64,000 nucleotides of DNA from positions 4,392,409-4,456,408 of the forward strand of contig CAVNZM010000012.1 of the NCBI GenBank assembly GCA_963693365.1. The letters run 5' to 3'. A program made the translations under genes and the position numbers. The stretch is from Amoebidium appalachense (Eukaryota; Protista; Ichthyosporea). Positions 1 to 46,343 of the stretch are shown in pieces. The stretch's first letter is position 1. Each line of letters opens with the position of its first letter. A model generated the notes under the pieces. The model was not told the DNA's origin and searched no databases. It saw nothing but the letters and a program-made list of their open reading frames with translations.

Positions 1-392
1 CCCTGGCCTGAACATTGGGCATATTCGGCCAGACATTGCCCTGGAGCTACTGACGTGGTGTTGGTAGTGGTGGTGGTGGTGGGTTTCGGTGAGGTGGTTG
101 TTAGTGATGTGGTGGTGGTGGTTGCTTGCGTGGTTGTTGTGGTTGTGGTTGTGGTGGTAGGAGGAACCACTGTTGTTGTGGTGGGTTGTGCCGACGTGCT
201 TGCACAAGAGTTCACCAACTCACAGTACGGGGCAACACAGCTCTCCGCCTGGTGGTTGACCTCGTAGTTGCTGCTGCACCATGCATCCACAATGTTGAGC
301 GCGTTTCCTGGCACGGCACGACACGTGGTGGTACACGTGGGCGCTCCTGCTGCCAGCGCCGACGCGGCCGCGATTAGGAATATTTGCTGCAT
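1..392 (-). CDS. Secreted protein, 5' part: signal peptide, Cys-rich module, Thr-rich linker, start of CBM1-like carbohydrate-binding domain (continues beyond left edge)
   Basis: Manual minus-strand translation from ATG at 392: MQQIFLIAAASALAAGAPTCTTTCRAVPGNALNIVDAWCSSNYEVNHQAESCVAPYCELVNSCASTSAQPTTTT...TTSVAPGQCLAEYAQCSGQG. No stop before the window edge, so it is missing from the ORF track. CxxxYxQCxGxG resembles the CBM1 N-terminus. Confidence 0.8.
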   Translation of the reverse strand, partial: MQQIFLIAAASALAAGAPTCTTTCRAVPGNALNIVDAWCSSNYEVNHQAESCVAPYCELVNSCASTSAQPTTTTVVPPTTTTTTTTTTQATTTTTSLTTTSPKPTTTTTTNTTSVAPGQCLAEYAQCSGQ

Positions 393-1001
393 GATTAATG
401 AATAAATCGCTCCTATTATTTCATTCAAGTTGTTTGTCCGCAGTTTCAAGTTGGGTTTACAAACTGTGTGATCTTCGCACCAATGTCTTTATTATATACT
501 CGCTTGTCTACCTTTGCCTTTCAATTTGATCACTTCGACCGCCAATCGGAAACGACTTTCAGTGTGTTTGTAGGTATGTGGGGATTCTCCTCAGATGCAT
601 GCCTCACATTCCTGCGATAAAACAGGCTAGCGAGGCTCCGATTCACCGAAGCCCAAACATGTCCTAGGCATATGAATACGCAGCCATATAAGAAACAGTA
701 TACTAATATCCATATTTATCGTCAGTGGTACGATGAGATTTTCAAATCAGGATATTGTCAGGTTGGTTACAGGACCCTCACGGTCACCTTGTTGTTGGAA
801 TTCCCCCGAGAGTTCTGTTCTGTGACCTGATTGTGCCCCCGAGAAATTTGGGGATTTTGCTGTATACCAGAATACTTTTCGAATACTTACCTGGTTTACA
901 CGGGCTATATTTTGGGGATACGGTGGGAGCACAGCCCCTCGTGTGCATGGGTGGCTTACTGCGTTTTCCAGCACGGCCACACACTAGACGAGGGGCACCG
1001 C

Positions 1002-1057
1002 TATAAGTACACCGGGTTTACAGGATATGTATAAATACACCGGATTCACAGGATATG
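1002..1057. repeat. 28-bp tandem repeat x2
   Basis: tataagtacaccgggtttacaggatatg / tataaatacaccggattcacaggatatg (3 mismatches). Confidence 0.85.
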
Positions 1058-1986
1058 TATACACACATAACTCACACGGGTGGAAGGCTAGATAAGAATA
1101 CTTACCTATCTACAATTCTAATATATAGCCTATGTGACACCTAATGATTTACGTGGAAAAATCATCCATGGCGCCTTTTTTATGGTTTAACTACCGTGTC
1201 GGTTTTCCGCTACCAAACTTTACAATTACAAGGCCAAACCCAACTCTTGTCACAACCCGTCGTCTGGCCGAGATATCTAACGTTTTTTTTTTCTTCCAAA
1301 TTTCAGCTGCATAATCAATTGGTTATACTACTAGAGTCCGCTTTAAAGCCCTAGATGTTGTTCTAACTGTTTGCTATGTCCCTTTTACGAGATTTTTTTG
1401 CTATATGTTATTTTCTTAGTGCAAGTATTTCAACTAAGTTTCTCTTAGTAAAAAAATGCCTTTGGGCGTTGTGTTCCAAAACAACACAGTTTTCGGGGAT
1501 GCAGCATGCTCAATTGCTCATGCAGCGCAATCACCAATCAAAAGATGGATCGGTTTCTCAAGAATGTATAGTTACATACTTGACCAAAGGTTTCACCAGC
1601 TTTTATTAAACCAATCACATCGAAGCGTTTCATTTGTCTTCACATGTACAAAGGATGTGAAATTCTCCATTTGCTAATAATTATTATTGTGTAAGTTTAG
1701 CAGCTTAACTTTTTAAGAGGGGGTTTTTAAATAAGATATATAATTGAATATATTGAGATCCTGGTTGAAAAGTTGCTGGACCTAACCTTAGAATTAGGGA
1801 GACTTTTCTGGGTCTGAGGGACTGAGGCCATATGCCGTTTCACAGCCTACAGCCAAACAGTTCACACAGCGCCATGCATCATGCATATGCATGCAGGGTG
1901 CACAAGGGGTCACCATATGGATATCTGGAAATTTACCGCAGGCATGCGCAACTGACAGTTTTTGGTGGTGGATGGTGGGGGAGGAA

Positions 1987-2024
<38 letters not shown>

Positions 2025-2518
2025 GACCGTGTACACCACAGTGTATTCATGAACGTCTAGCTATTTCTTAAAGAGGCTAGGCCTCCCTTCTTTCGAACTT
2101 TTTTTTTTTTTTTTTTTTTTTTTTCCCGCTGAGAATGAGGGGAGGGTGAACGGAGAGGCCGCGGGGGAGGCCTCGAGGAAGGGAGAGGGGGGGGGGGGGG
2201 AGGGGGGGGGGGGGGGGAGGGGGGGGGAAGGAGGGGGGAGTCGGCTGGCCCCGCTGGGTTTAAACGTTGCAGGGGGGGGGAGGGGGGGGGGGAAAGCGGG
2301 GGGGCTCTAAAATTTTTTTTCATGTGGTCACATAAATGGTCTCATATGATCACGATGATGAGTGCTCGTAATGAGAAGCCTATCCTTAGCATCCCCCCTC
2401 CCCCCCTCGTTCATAACATCTTCCCCCCATTCCCCCCCCCCCCCCCCCCCCCCCCCTTCCCCCCCCTCTCCTCCCCCCTTTTTTTTTCGTGTGTGTGTGT
2501 GTGTGTGTTGCGGGCGGG

Positions 2519-2565
<47 letters not shown>

Positions 2566-3192
2566 GGGGGGGGGGGGGGGGATGCACACAAACTTAGCCA
2601 TGAGAACAACAGAGAAACTGTTCAGATGCTAAAACGATCATGCCAGAACGTGTCACTTCCATGTATCTCTGCATTTTCCGGCGGTGAATTGCAAGTCAAC
2701 CGACAGAGACAACGGCACACAATATCACAGTCTGGCCAGGGGTAGCGGATTCCACCGACCCCATGTAGATACAAACAAACTGGATGTTCTATTCACTGTA
2801 TATCTTTTTTGTTTATTTTTCTTTACTTTTTTCCAAAAACAAGCTTGTGACTGCAGCAGAACAACAATACGCGGAAACTATGTCCCAGTTTAGGCACCCC
2901 TACATATTCACTTGCCCCCGACAGCCAAAACACTAGATCTCACGTGATCTTGGCCCCTATACAAAATTGAAACAAATACCTCCCCCCCCCCCCCCCCCCC
3001 CCCGGGGGGGGGGGGCCTTCCTGCCAGGCACCTGAATGTGCAGCCACAATAATAATAAAAAACTTTGGCAATCAATAAAGAGGAGAATGAGGCAAGGGTT
3101 GTAAATCAGATTGGGGCAGAAAGGTGGGAGGTGGGGTGGGGGGAGGGGGGGGGGAGGGAGAGAGAGGAGGGGGGGGGGGGAGGGGGGGGGAG

Positions 3193-3260
<68 letters not shown>

Positions 3261-3296
3261 AAGCCTAGAGAGTCAGAGAGATAGCTCCCTCTCTCT

Positions 3297-3373
<77 letters not shown>

Positions 3374-4287
3374 TGTGTGTGTGTTGTGTGTGCATGTGCG
3401 CACAAGCACACACACACACCGTGCATGCGCATGAGCAACCGCTATTTGCGTGCATGCGCAAAAACATGCCAAGAAAACAAAGAAGACCGAAGGACACAAA
3501 GAAAACATTCGGCCATGAAAACTCTGAGACGTGCATAAAATGAGTATTCCTAGATAAGGATTACGATGTTAATTAAAGTTGGCAGACCAGAATTATGATA
3601 TGATATTTCCTTCCTGAAGTGCCGACAAAAGAACACTCCGAAACACGTATAACTTCTCTGATACCATACCCTAAGAGAGAGAAGAACGACAAAAAAACCG
3701 AACTCCGAAATATGAAGCTTTTCTATGAAAAGGAAACTGCAAGATATCCCCTTATCCAACATAACCATCTATCCGCACACACACACACACACACGAAATC
3801 CCACACCCTTCAACTCGTAGCCACTCCTCTCACCCCCCAATCGTCCTCGTGCCGAACCCACCGAGTTTGTTGCCACCACAGCACCGCTAGCTCATGGACC
3901 ATGTGGGTGTGGTGGCTGCCTGCGCCTGTAAGGTGGATTGGAGGTGGGTGGGTGCGTAAGCTGAGTTGGAGGGGTGGGAAGGTGTGTGGATGGACGGGGG
4001 TGTTAATGTGCATGTGTGTTTGTGTGCGTGTGTGTGTGCTTGAATGTGTGTGTGTGTGTGTGTGTGCGCGCGCGGGTAGTTATCTTTTATAGCACTTCCC
4101 CCGGGAAGTTTCGTGTCTTAGTCCTGAATTTCATATCATAGTCCCTATAGTCCTTATCTTGGAATGCTAGTATAATAGTCCTAGTCATGTCCGATATCTT
4201 CTTTCGTGTCTTTTCATCTTCTTGGTTTCTCGGCACCTCTGTGAGCGCGCACACGCACAGAGTTAGGCCAACACTGTGTGTGCGCGA

Positions 4288-5305
<1,018 letters not shown>

Positions 5306-6129
5306 ACATCCCCGTCACCTGAGTTTTTCCGACTTCCTCCCCTTCCCTCGGCCCCTATAATGAACCCCCCCCCCCCCCCTCCTCCTCTCACCTCTCTTTT
5401 TCGATGTCGTATAACTTTTTGAAGACATTCACGACATCAGTTGAATTGATTGAGAGAGGGGCCGCGGGCCGAGGAAAGTAACAGAGGCGATTTTGGCGCT
5501 CTCGGCAGCTGTGGGGCTCAAAATTTGCTTCCTTTGGTTCACTAATAATATTATGTCGTGCACAAGGTTTTAAACCCGTCTTTGACAGGTGCTGATATTC
5601 ATTGTTAACCGGTAACAAGAATATTTCTTTATAATAGCTATGATATGGAATCATGATGATAACATGGCAAGACTAAAAAAGCCAATTATCAAGTTCACAT
5701 AACGGTGAAGAATACGATGTTCGTGCAAGCATGATCGTCGAGGAATAAGCACTAATCTAAAGCTACGCAGTCTACTCTCAAACTTAGTTAGGCCCGGCCC
5801 GAGCAACCGTGGGTGCTAGATACACAAGATGTGACATTTGGCCAATCATGAGTCAGTAAACTATCATACAGAACCTGAACACCTCGTAAATCACCCTTCG
5901 ATTCGCGTACTACGATTACATGGTAGATCTAAGCTAACACTAGTGTATTCTGCGTTCAGGTGGCATTCCCTCAGTGTACAAGAACCAATCACAAACACTA
6001 ATTTAAATGATAAAACTTTATGTCTAATTCGCATTTTCTAAGTTCATGCCGTATTTTCACCAACACCTACCAACCCCCCCAACAAAACCCCTCACCCATT
6101 TCAATCTCAATACCCGTGCCGCTCCCCCA

Positions 6130-14495
<8,366 letters not shown>

Positions 14496-15780
14496 TTTTT
14501 TGATCCTGGCAAAAAAAAAAAAATAATCTGAACGATGGAATGCCGTAAAAATTAGTTGATAGCGTTGAAGAAAAGTGTGGGACGTGTGTGCGTCACGTGG
14601 ATGCTAACTCGGCCGGTGCTGGGCATGGATGCAATCGACGAAACTGGGCCATGCAAACGGGGCATGTTATCGCAGTAGCTAGGGTGCTCGCTCCATGAGG
14701 AGCATTGCCACGATCTTTGACTCAAAAGTTCACAACTAGAAATAGGCTGCGTGTACAGACTACAATTAGGCTACTATTAGATATATCCGCAGTCCTACGA
14801 AGTGACATTTGCCGTGTGTAATCAGCTCCTCCCCAGGAAGAAAGCGAAAGTGGGTGGCCTGGCTTTCAGGTTTTTTTGGGGGTCAACCGTTTGTAAAAAC
14901 TCGTAAAACACGCGGCTTGCACTTGGAAGGTGTGCTATGCACTTCTATAGTATTGTGGCGCTTAAATGCAGAAACTCACCAGCGACCAACAGAGAAACAC
15001 TAGGTTCATAGACGTTTCTCAACATTCGCAGGCTAATTGAATTGTGTTAAGGTACTAGACCACACCACCAACGCGGTGGAAACTAATGCAATAGATGTAT
15101 GCTTGAGAACATACTTCTTAGCAACAAATCACACAACTCAGCAACTCATTTCTGAAGCAAGTTACGAACAAACAACCCTACGCAGTGCACAACACCCCTC
15201 GAAGGAACCTCCAGTCTGACTGAGTCTGACTGAGTCAGTGAGACTTGATGCATGTTGATTCAAAGCATGCGCTTGTAGCCAATCAAAATAGCTGGATATA
15301 TCTATTGGCTACCGATGGTTCACAAATTCGGCGAAAAGCAATTCTAAAGAATGATTCGTAATGTCTTTTATCCCTATTAAACATTTATTTAAAAACATTG
15401 TGTTGTCAGATAACTTTAAATATTTGTTGAATCATATATTGCTATAGGTAAAAACTCTGACGTAAGGGACCTGTTACATAACATCGCGATCGCCAACGCT
15501 CATCGGATGATCGGATGCAAACAACACTTGAGCCCGTCGGACTCTGCGCATGCAGGAGCGAACACAAACGAAAATGTGCTGTCTAAGTGGCAATGCAGCC
15601 CTGGGCGAATATATCAAAGGGAAAATCTTGAATGTAGCAGGCAGTTCGTTCAGCCATAGCTTTGTGTGTTGATGAGCATGCATCCCGATTACATCTTCCC
15701 TCACGCTGCTATAAGTTGACACACATATCGGCTCCGGGATGGCGAAGCCTAGGCCTAGGCCTGCAGTGTACCATATGTTC

Positions 15781-15940
15781 CCAGGCCTTCGGTGGGCTGT
15801 ATTTACCCACCAGCCTTATTTTCATATAACCAGCATGATTGAAAGTTTAATTCCGGCCTCCCAGGCCTTCGGTGGGCTGTATTTACCCACCAGCCTTATT
15901 TTCATATAACCAGCATGATTGAAAGTTTAATTCCGGCCTC
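15781..15940. repeat. Perfect 80-bp tandem duplication in the divergent intergenic region
   Basis: ccaggccttcggtgggctgtatttacccaccagcc...gaaagtttaattccggcctc is identical at 15781-15860 and 15861-15940. Confidence 0.97.
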
Positions 15941-16854
15941 CAAGCTTTCGAACAGCCAGTAGCCAGTAACACCCACAGCATGCTGGCGGCCACTCGAAAT
16001 CTACAATCCCAAACGTGCACCCCCAAACGTGCACCATGTATGTCAAGTGCGCATCCATTTCCGTTACACCAACAGACACTTCAAGTGGAAAAATGGCAGT
16101 TAGACACTAGATGGCAAACACACCTCTCTCTCTCTCCCCCCTCTCCCCCTCTCCCCCTCTCCCCCTCTCCCCCTCCCTCCTTTCCTCCTTCCATCTCCAT
16201 TGCTCTCCCCCTTCACCACCACCACAACCACTTAACACCCCAGGGCCTTCCACACACCATGAATTAGAAAAAGATCAACGTTGAAATGATGCGCACACCC
16301 ACAAACTCCCCCCCCCCCCCCCCCCCCCCCCCCCCCGCCTTTTCCCTCTCGTCAGACTTTGTCCCTGTGGCTGAATGCTGCCGTAGACACTGCGATATGC
16401 CTGCCAGAACATCCAGGGACATGCCCAAGAAACATTCCAGATCGAAACTGAAGGGGCATGTGTCACGTGCAATATCTCGTGGTAAAGGTCTATTTATAGC
16501 AGCACGTCATCGAAACGCGACCCTTCTGCAGGGCGTCAGCCCCACAGGGGTTTCCCCGAAGCCTTGAAAAAAAATACCTGACAGCCCTTTCTGTGTGTGC
16601 GGGTGCTGTTACAGACAGCGCTAGGGTCAAAACAAAAACCCGACCTGGTTGTACTTCAATGATAAATGCACGGTCATTGTAAAAGAAAAGAACAACAACC
16701 AAAAAAAAAAAAATCGCTCTCTCCGTTGTTTTACTGCAAAAACAAGCCAATGAGGCCATAATACGCATAAAGCAAAAAATTTGTAAAGAAGTGTGCCTGC
16801 CAGCCTGAGGGTCTGTCACAACGTGAACCCATATGTGACTCATGCTCTGTCAAG

Positions 16855-17802
16855 GTGAGTGCCTAGAAAGAAAGTGCAAAATCCCCAAAAAGACTTTAAA
16901 GGACAACCTAAGGACGTAAAAAAAAAAAAAAAAGAGGTAGAAAAGGAAAGGAAAAGAACGAACGGTCTGCACTGGTTTGTTCCCTATCCCTCCCCCCCCC
17001 CCCCCTCCCCCCCCCCCCCCCCCCCTCCCCCAGAAAACTGTAAGGAACTCCAAGACGGGAGCTTGTGTTGAACTAAAATCTGCATGACCATGTAGAGAAC
17101 TTATCCCCCCCCACCCCTCCCCCCCTCCCCGGGCAAAAAAAAAAAAAAAAAAAACTTGAAAAACGGGCCACACCCCACCGTTACACAAGCACCAAGAAGA
17201 GCAAAAAAAAGATTACGGGGACTCTGAGAAATAAATAAATATGGAAAGAGATCATACGGGGAAACATTTATGTTTGGAAAAAAAAAAAAAAAAAATGAGC
17301 GAATCTTGATGAATAGGAGTTATCTCTTTTCCCAACGCCACCGACACCACCACCCTCCTCCCCCCCCCCCCCCCCCCCTCGCCCTGCCCCCAACAGGGAA
17401 ACTTTCAAAAAAAACACGCGCCCACGCACCCACTCGTGCACACATGCGCGTGTGCGTACATACACAGACACACACGTGCACACACACCACGCACACGCAT
17501 CGTCACACGCGTAAGCGCACACGCACGCACATGCGCACACCTATGTACCTACCTGCATACACACAAGATATTTTCGATATTACTTTGCACCACCAGTACG
17601 ACTTTTAATTGGTTAAGTCATTGCTGTAGGTAGCAGAATTGTCCTTTGCTTTATGTGGGATTCATGTGCATTCTTTTCACTGCTAGTCCATAGTTTCGAC
17701 CTCCGACCTCTGTACACATTAAATGTCCGCATATTCATGACATAATTTCATTTTCGATACAATCATACAAGTTACATTCAGCTATGCTTTTGTCCTTTTT
17801 AG
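16855..17802 (+). other. Probable 5'-UTR intron of the H+-ATPase gene
   Basis: Consensus donor caag|GTGAGT at 16855 and acceptor tgtcctttttAG at 17802, ~50 nt before the first plausible ATG (17855); no transcript evidence. Confidence 0.4.
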
Positions 17803-17854
17803 GTGTCACGTTTCCACCCCCCTACATCCTAATTTAACCCTATACAATACTTAC

Positions 17855-32886
<15,032 letters not shown>

Positions 32887-34470
32887 AGACATCATTTGCA
32901 AATTCACACTTTTTTATTGCATTTTAATTTTTTTTTTCCCGTTTCGCCTCACACTAGGCTCCCGTCTTCCGACTTGGCTCTGCCTGTACCCACAGGCAAG
33001 ATGGCACAACTGCATTAAAAGGTTAGGCAAATTTTCGCCTGTCTGATTTTATTTTTTTTGACGTTGTCTTGCCCTCGACATTTTTCCGTCCCCCCCCCCC
33101 CCCCCCCCCCCCCCCCCGCCCCCTCCCGTTACACGTAATTACATAACAACCCCCCCCCCCCCCCCCTCCCCTACCCCCCGGCCGCGCGCTGCAAACTACA
33201 ACGGTGACACCAACACCACCCTCGTTTTCTTTGGCTAACGTCAGAAGCATATTCTTCGTACGTGTTTGTGCGATGTTGCTCTTCTTCGTCCTCTCTATTC
33301 TTTGTTTATTTTTTAATATCGTTTATTCAACGATGATCTATTTATTCAAGTATTTCATTTTATTTTTATTTTTATTTATTTATTTATTTATTTATTTTTT
33401 TTTTTGGGGGGGGGGGGGGGGGGAGGGGACGAGGGGGATTCCCGGAGAACACCCGGAAGTGTGTGTTTCCGTGTGTATTGGTGACTTATGTTGTTGGGTT
33501 AGGTTAGGTTGGCCAGATGTGCAAGAGAAAGACTTGGCATCAGTGTTACATAGGGGATACACACGTGATGATACGGTTGTCCAGGTATGTATGAGAAGCT
33601 GTTAAAATGTGGGATACAATATGTCAACGTTTGTACAATTGGCTAACCTACATGTATGTATATGCCCAGGCTGCCACTCTTGGCGTCGACTCTGTGGATG
33701 CTGGTCTGATCTCGGTGAGATTCGATCGCGACATGATCTTAAAGAGAACTTCAATAAAAGTCATTACATTGAAAAAAAAATATTTTTCACACAGTGTTCA
33801 GGTATCTGGGTATGCACTTGCTTGCTACCGGATAACTCGTGAAGTTTTTTCCTTCTTCATTGCTTCCCAAGTATGCCGAGCATACTTTCAGCCCTCTCGT
33901 TTGATTAAATCCAGCCAAACTGATCCAATACGAGAACGAAAATGTCATGCCATACTGTCGCAGTCATCTTGTGACACATCAGCAGGCCCATTTTAGAGCA
34001 GATAAGTTATGAAATCGTTAAATGATTTACTCAGAACTACTGTTAATGGTTGAGTGCCGCTGTCACGGTGTGAACAGGGGATCAGCACGTGTGTGTGACA
34101 GGTTCTGACTCATGAATACATGTTTGGTGCCACCCGGTAGCATGGCAGCAATATATGCGCCCATGCATACATTTATGTGTGTGTGTGTGTGTGTAGGTGC
34201 TTGTTTGTGTGTGCACGTGTGTGTGTGTGTGTGTTTGTGTGTGTGGGGGGGTGGGGGGGGAGGGGGAGGGGGGGGGGGGGGGGGGCTACGTAGGTATTGA
34301 ATATCTACTGGGTGCTAATTTAAAACAACAGTAGTGTTAGTGCAATAAAAAATGTACCCCTGGCACACTGTGTGTTCGGTTGTTGTTGTTGTTGCTGTTG
34401 GTGGTGGTGGTGGTGGTGGTGTGTGTGTGTGCACATGTGTGAAGGGGGGAGGGGGCTGAGGGGGGGGGCG

Positions 34471-34521
<51 letters not shown>

Positions 34522-34706
34522 GGGGGGGGCTCCCGACCTGAAGCAAAAAGGCTGTGTGCACTTGCCACGTGCACCAATTGTGGGTGGTGGTGGTTGTTGG
34601 TTGGTGGAGACGCCCCCCCTTTGGGGTGGGTGGGGTGGGGTAGGGTGAGGGGGGTTGAGGGGGTGGGGGAGGTGGGGGAAGGGGAGGGGGAGAGGCCTAT
34701 GTAATG

Positions 34707-35620
34707 TTTTTTTTTTTTTATAATGACTTTATTGATATGCTCAGCAAAATAGAAGCCATCGAGATATCACCGATATCTCGGAGAAGAAAATACAAAAGCC
34801 CTCACTCTCGGATACGGAGGAGATAACGACTTAAATAATCATACACCCTAGAAAATTCATTAAACATACCGTGGTTCAACAGATAGTCAATAGACGTAAT
34901 AGCAGGATTATCTAAATAAGCCAGTCTTCTAATTTCTAACGGGATAATCTGAGATAAATAAATACATCTAACTAAGTGTTTACGAGAAAAAGGTTCTGCA
35001 CAAAAGTGGCACAAACATTTATGGAAACAAAGGTTACAGCGCCAAAATAAACATTTCCAAGCTATGTCACAAGGCGGGTTAGAATTGCAAAATCGGTAAG
35101 TGTGGTAGGTTTACGAGAGGAAGGATAAATATAAGTAGCTAATTTACACACGATTGTAAAGAAAATAGACGAGTCTCTAATATAAAAAGAAGCACAGGCT
35201 CAAGAGCCCTACCATGATACTCTTTATCAGAACGACGAAGCAAAGGATATTGAGTATAAAACCAAGTAACATACTGCTGATAACTAGTAGAAGAGAAAAA
35301 TAAAGGAGATAAGTATTTAAAAGGATATCTCGGAATGGGAGAGAGATTGGGGATAGGACATTTCGCACGAACATTAGAAATGCCGGGAACAGGTGCTAAA
35401 GAAGGAAAGAATTGCAACAAAGGATGATAAGAAGGAAGCCTAACCAAATGAAAACAAAAGCGAAGTCCTGATTCATTCATACGCTGGCGCGCCGGAGGGA
35501 GACCAAAAACACTCAGCAAGGGAGCCGCCAAAGGATGCCTACGCGAGGTTCGAGAAATAAACTGGATGAATACACGCTGAAAGGAATCGAATTCCCGAAG
35601 ACCAAGTAACATACTGCTAC
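34707..35620 (-). mobile_element. 5'-truncated non-LTR retrotransposon (LINE) 3' fragment
   Basis: Minus strand: frameshifted ORF2-like C-terminus ending ...WKCLFWRCNLCFHKCLCHFCAEPFSRKHLVRC...TSIDYLLN...* (CCHC finger), then a 3' UTR with hairpin (34760-34780), AATAAA and an A13 tail (T-run 34707-34719). Flanked by direct repeat TGTAATG(TT) at 34700 and 35621. Confidence 0.85.
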
Positions 35621-36076
35621 TGTAATGTTCCAATACCTCCTAGAATCCTAGGTCTTCCTAGATCTAGATGTTCACAAAGGAAGTGGAAGGCCGTGCTCTA
35701 GCTAACTTTAGCTTGTTGATTGGTTCAATCTGCACCGCTCTGTTTGTATTCACGTAAGGTCATTGCGATCGCGATCTCCAAAAAGCAAAGTGCGTTCGCG
35801 CTCACGCGAGGAGACTCAGAGTAACGGTCGTCTTTCAAGTGAAATGTTACGGTGGTAACGAGCAAGGTTTTTGCACTAGAAATCCATGAAAGAAGGCGAA
35901 TAGAGCTTGCACAAAACAGAACATACATAGCTGGCATATGCCCTACATACATGGCTGGCATATGCTCAACAACCCCTTTCTTCACTCACCTCCGTGTTAG
36001 TTATTGACACTTCTTCTCTCAGTTTAGTTTTCTTGATTGATTTGATAGGTGTGTTGGGAGTGTTCAGGTTAATATC

Positions 36077-45141
<9,065 letters not shown>

Positions 45142-46343
45142 CTTGGCCGTGGGGGAACATTTGGAGGGACTCAGTCGGGTGCCGATACAATGCCACTGAC
45201 TCAGAGGGCTAAAAAGCTCTGAGGGGGTGGTGTGGGGTTAGTGCCTGCACGTATTGTATGTGGGTGCATAGTATTACTTAGATTGTTTACATATTAATAG
45301 CGTACTGTATGTGAATGTGGCACTGTAGCTACTTTTTTTTTTTTTTAATCTGTACTACATTGTTCATTTCTTTCCCCTTTTTCTCTCCTCCATCGCTTAG
45401 CTTTCCCAACAGTAAAGCCCTTCTGAGATTTTTTTTTCCTCCTTGTCAGCGTGTGTGGACAGGCTCTTCTTTTCTCTCGTTTCCGTACCTTTCCTCCCTC
45501 ACTCCCTCCCCCCTCCCCCCCTCTCTCCTCTCTCCTCTCTCTCTTGTGCGATCAATTTAGTTCAGGCTCTTTAGCTCTTTACGTAAGTGGTGCTTACGTA
45601 AAGTTTCCTATCCAGTCGTTTTTTCTTCTGTTCATTTATCCCCGCGTTTTTTTCCTTCTTTTTCCCTTCCTCATCGGGCTCCCGTGTGGTTAGCTTAGAT
45701 CTAGATGATGTTCGTATGTATACATAGAGCTGCCACAACTGTAATGATATCGATTAACGGATTGGATGTCTAGCCTGCACGTATGACCATACCACACCGC
45801 ACATCAACAGCTGTTGTTCAAGTGACTGGGTTTAGTGTGTCTACCCAGTATTGCTGAATGAGCGAATATGCACGTGAATAATTCATGTGAATACATACAT
45901 AAATACATGGTTTTATTAGCAATCAAGGTTACCAGGCTGGTGTGTCTGTGTAACTCAGGTTTTGTTCCATTGGCAATCCCTTGCCCGGGCCCGGCCCGTG
46001 TGACCATTAGGGCATTTATTAGAATCAGCCATGTATGCAGCAGCTGGGCCAGGCATGATAGCTTTTTGTGATTCGCGATCGTTCATTATATAAAACTATT
46101 CATAGCGATGCCATTGACTGTCATGTTAGTACAGAGGGTTTGCTTCTAATTAGCCACACTTAAGGCACCTTAAGAATACAGATCAATAATTATATCTAGC
46201 AATTCAAAGAAAAGAACCACCACATGCCATGGTAGAATATTTGTAGCATAATTATATTGTTTAGAATCGAAGCTTCTCGACCTTTCCTACTAATATTATA
46301 CTGAATCGATCTGCTGCAGCATGTCCAACATCTGGCAATATTA

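Noticed and set aside
15781-15940. CRISPR-like array from the direct repeats here, at 57581 or at 1002
   Set aside because: Only two adjacent copies, no spacers, no cas genes, eukaryotic context
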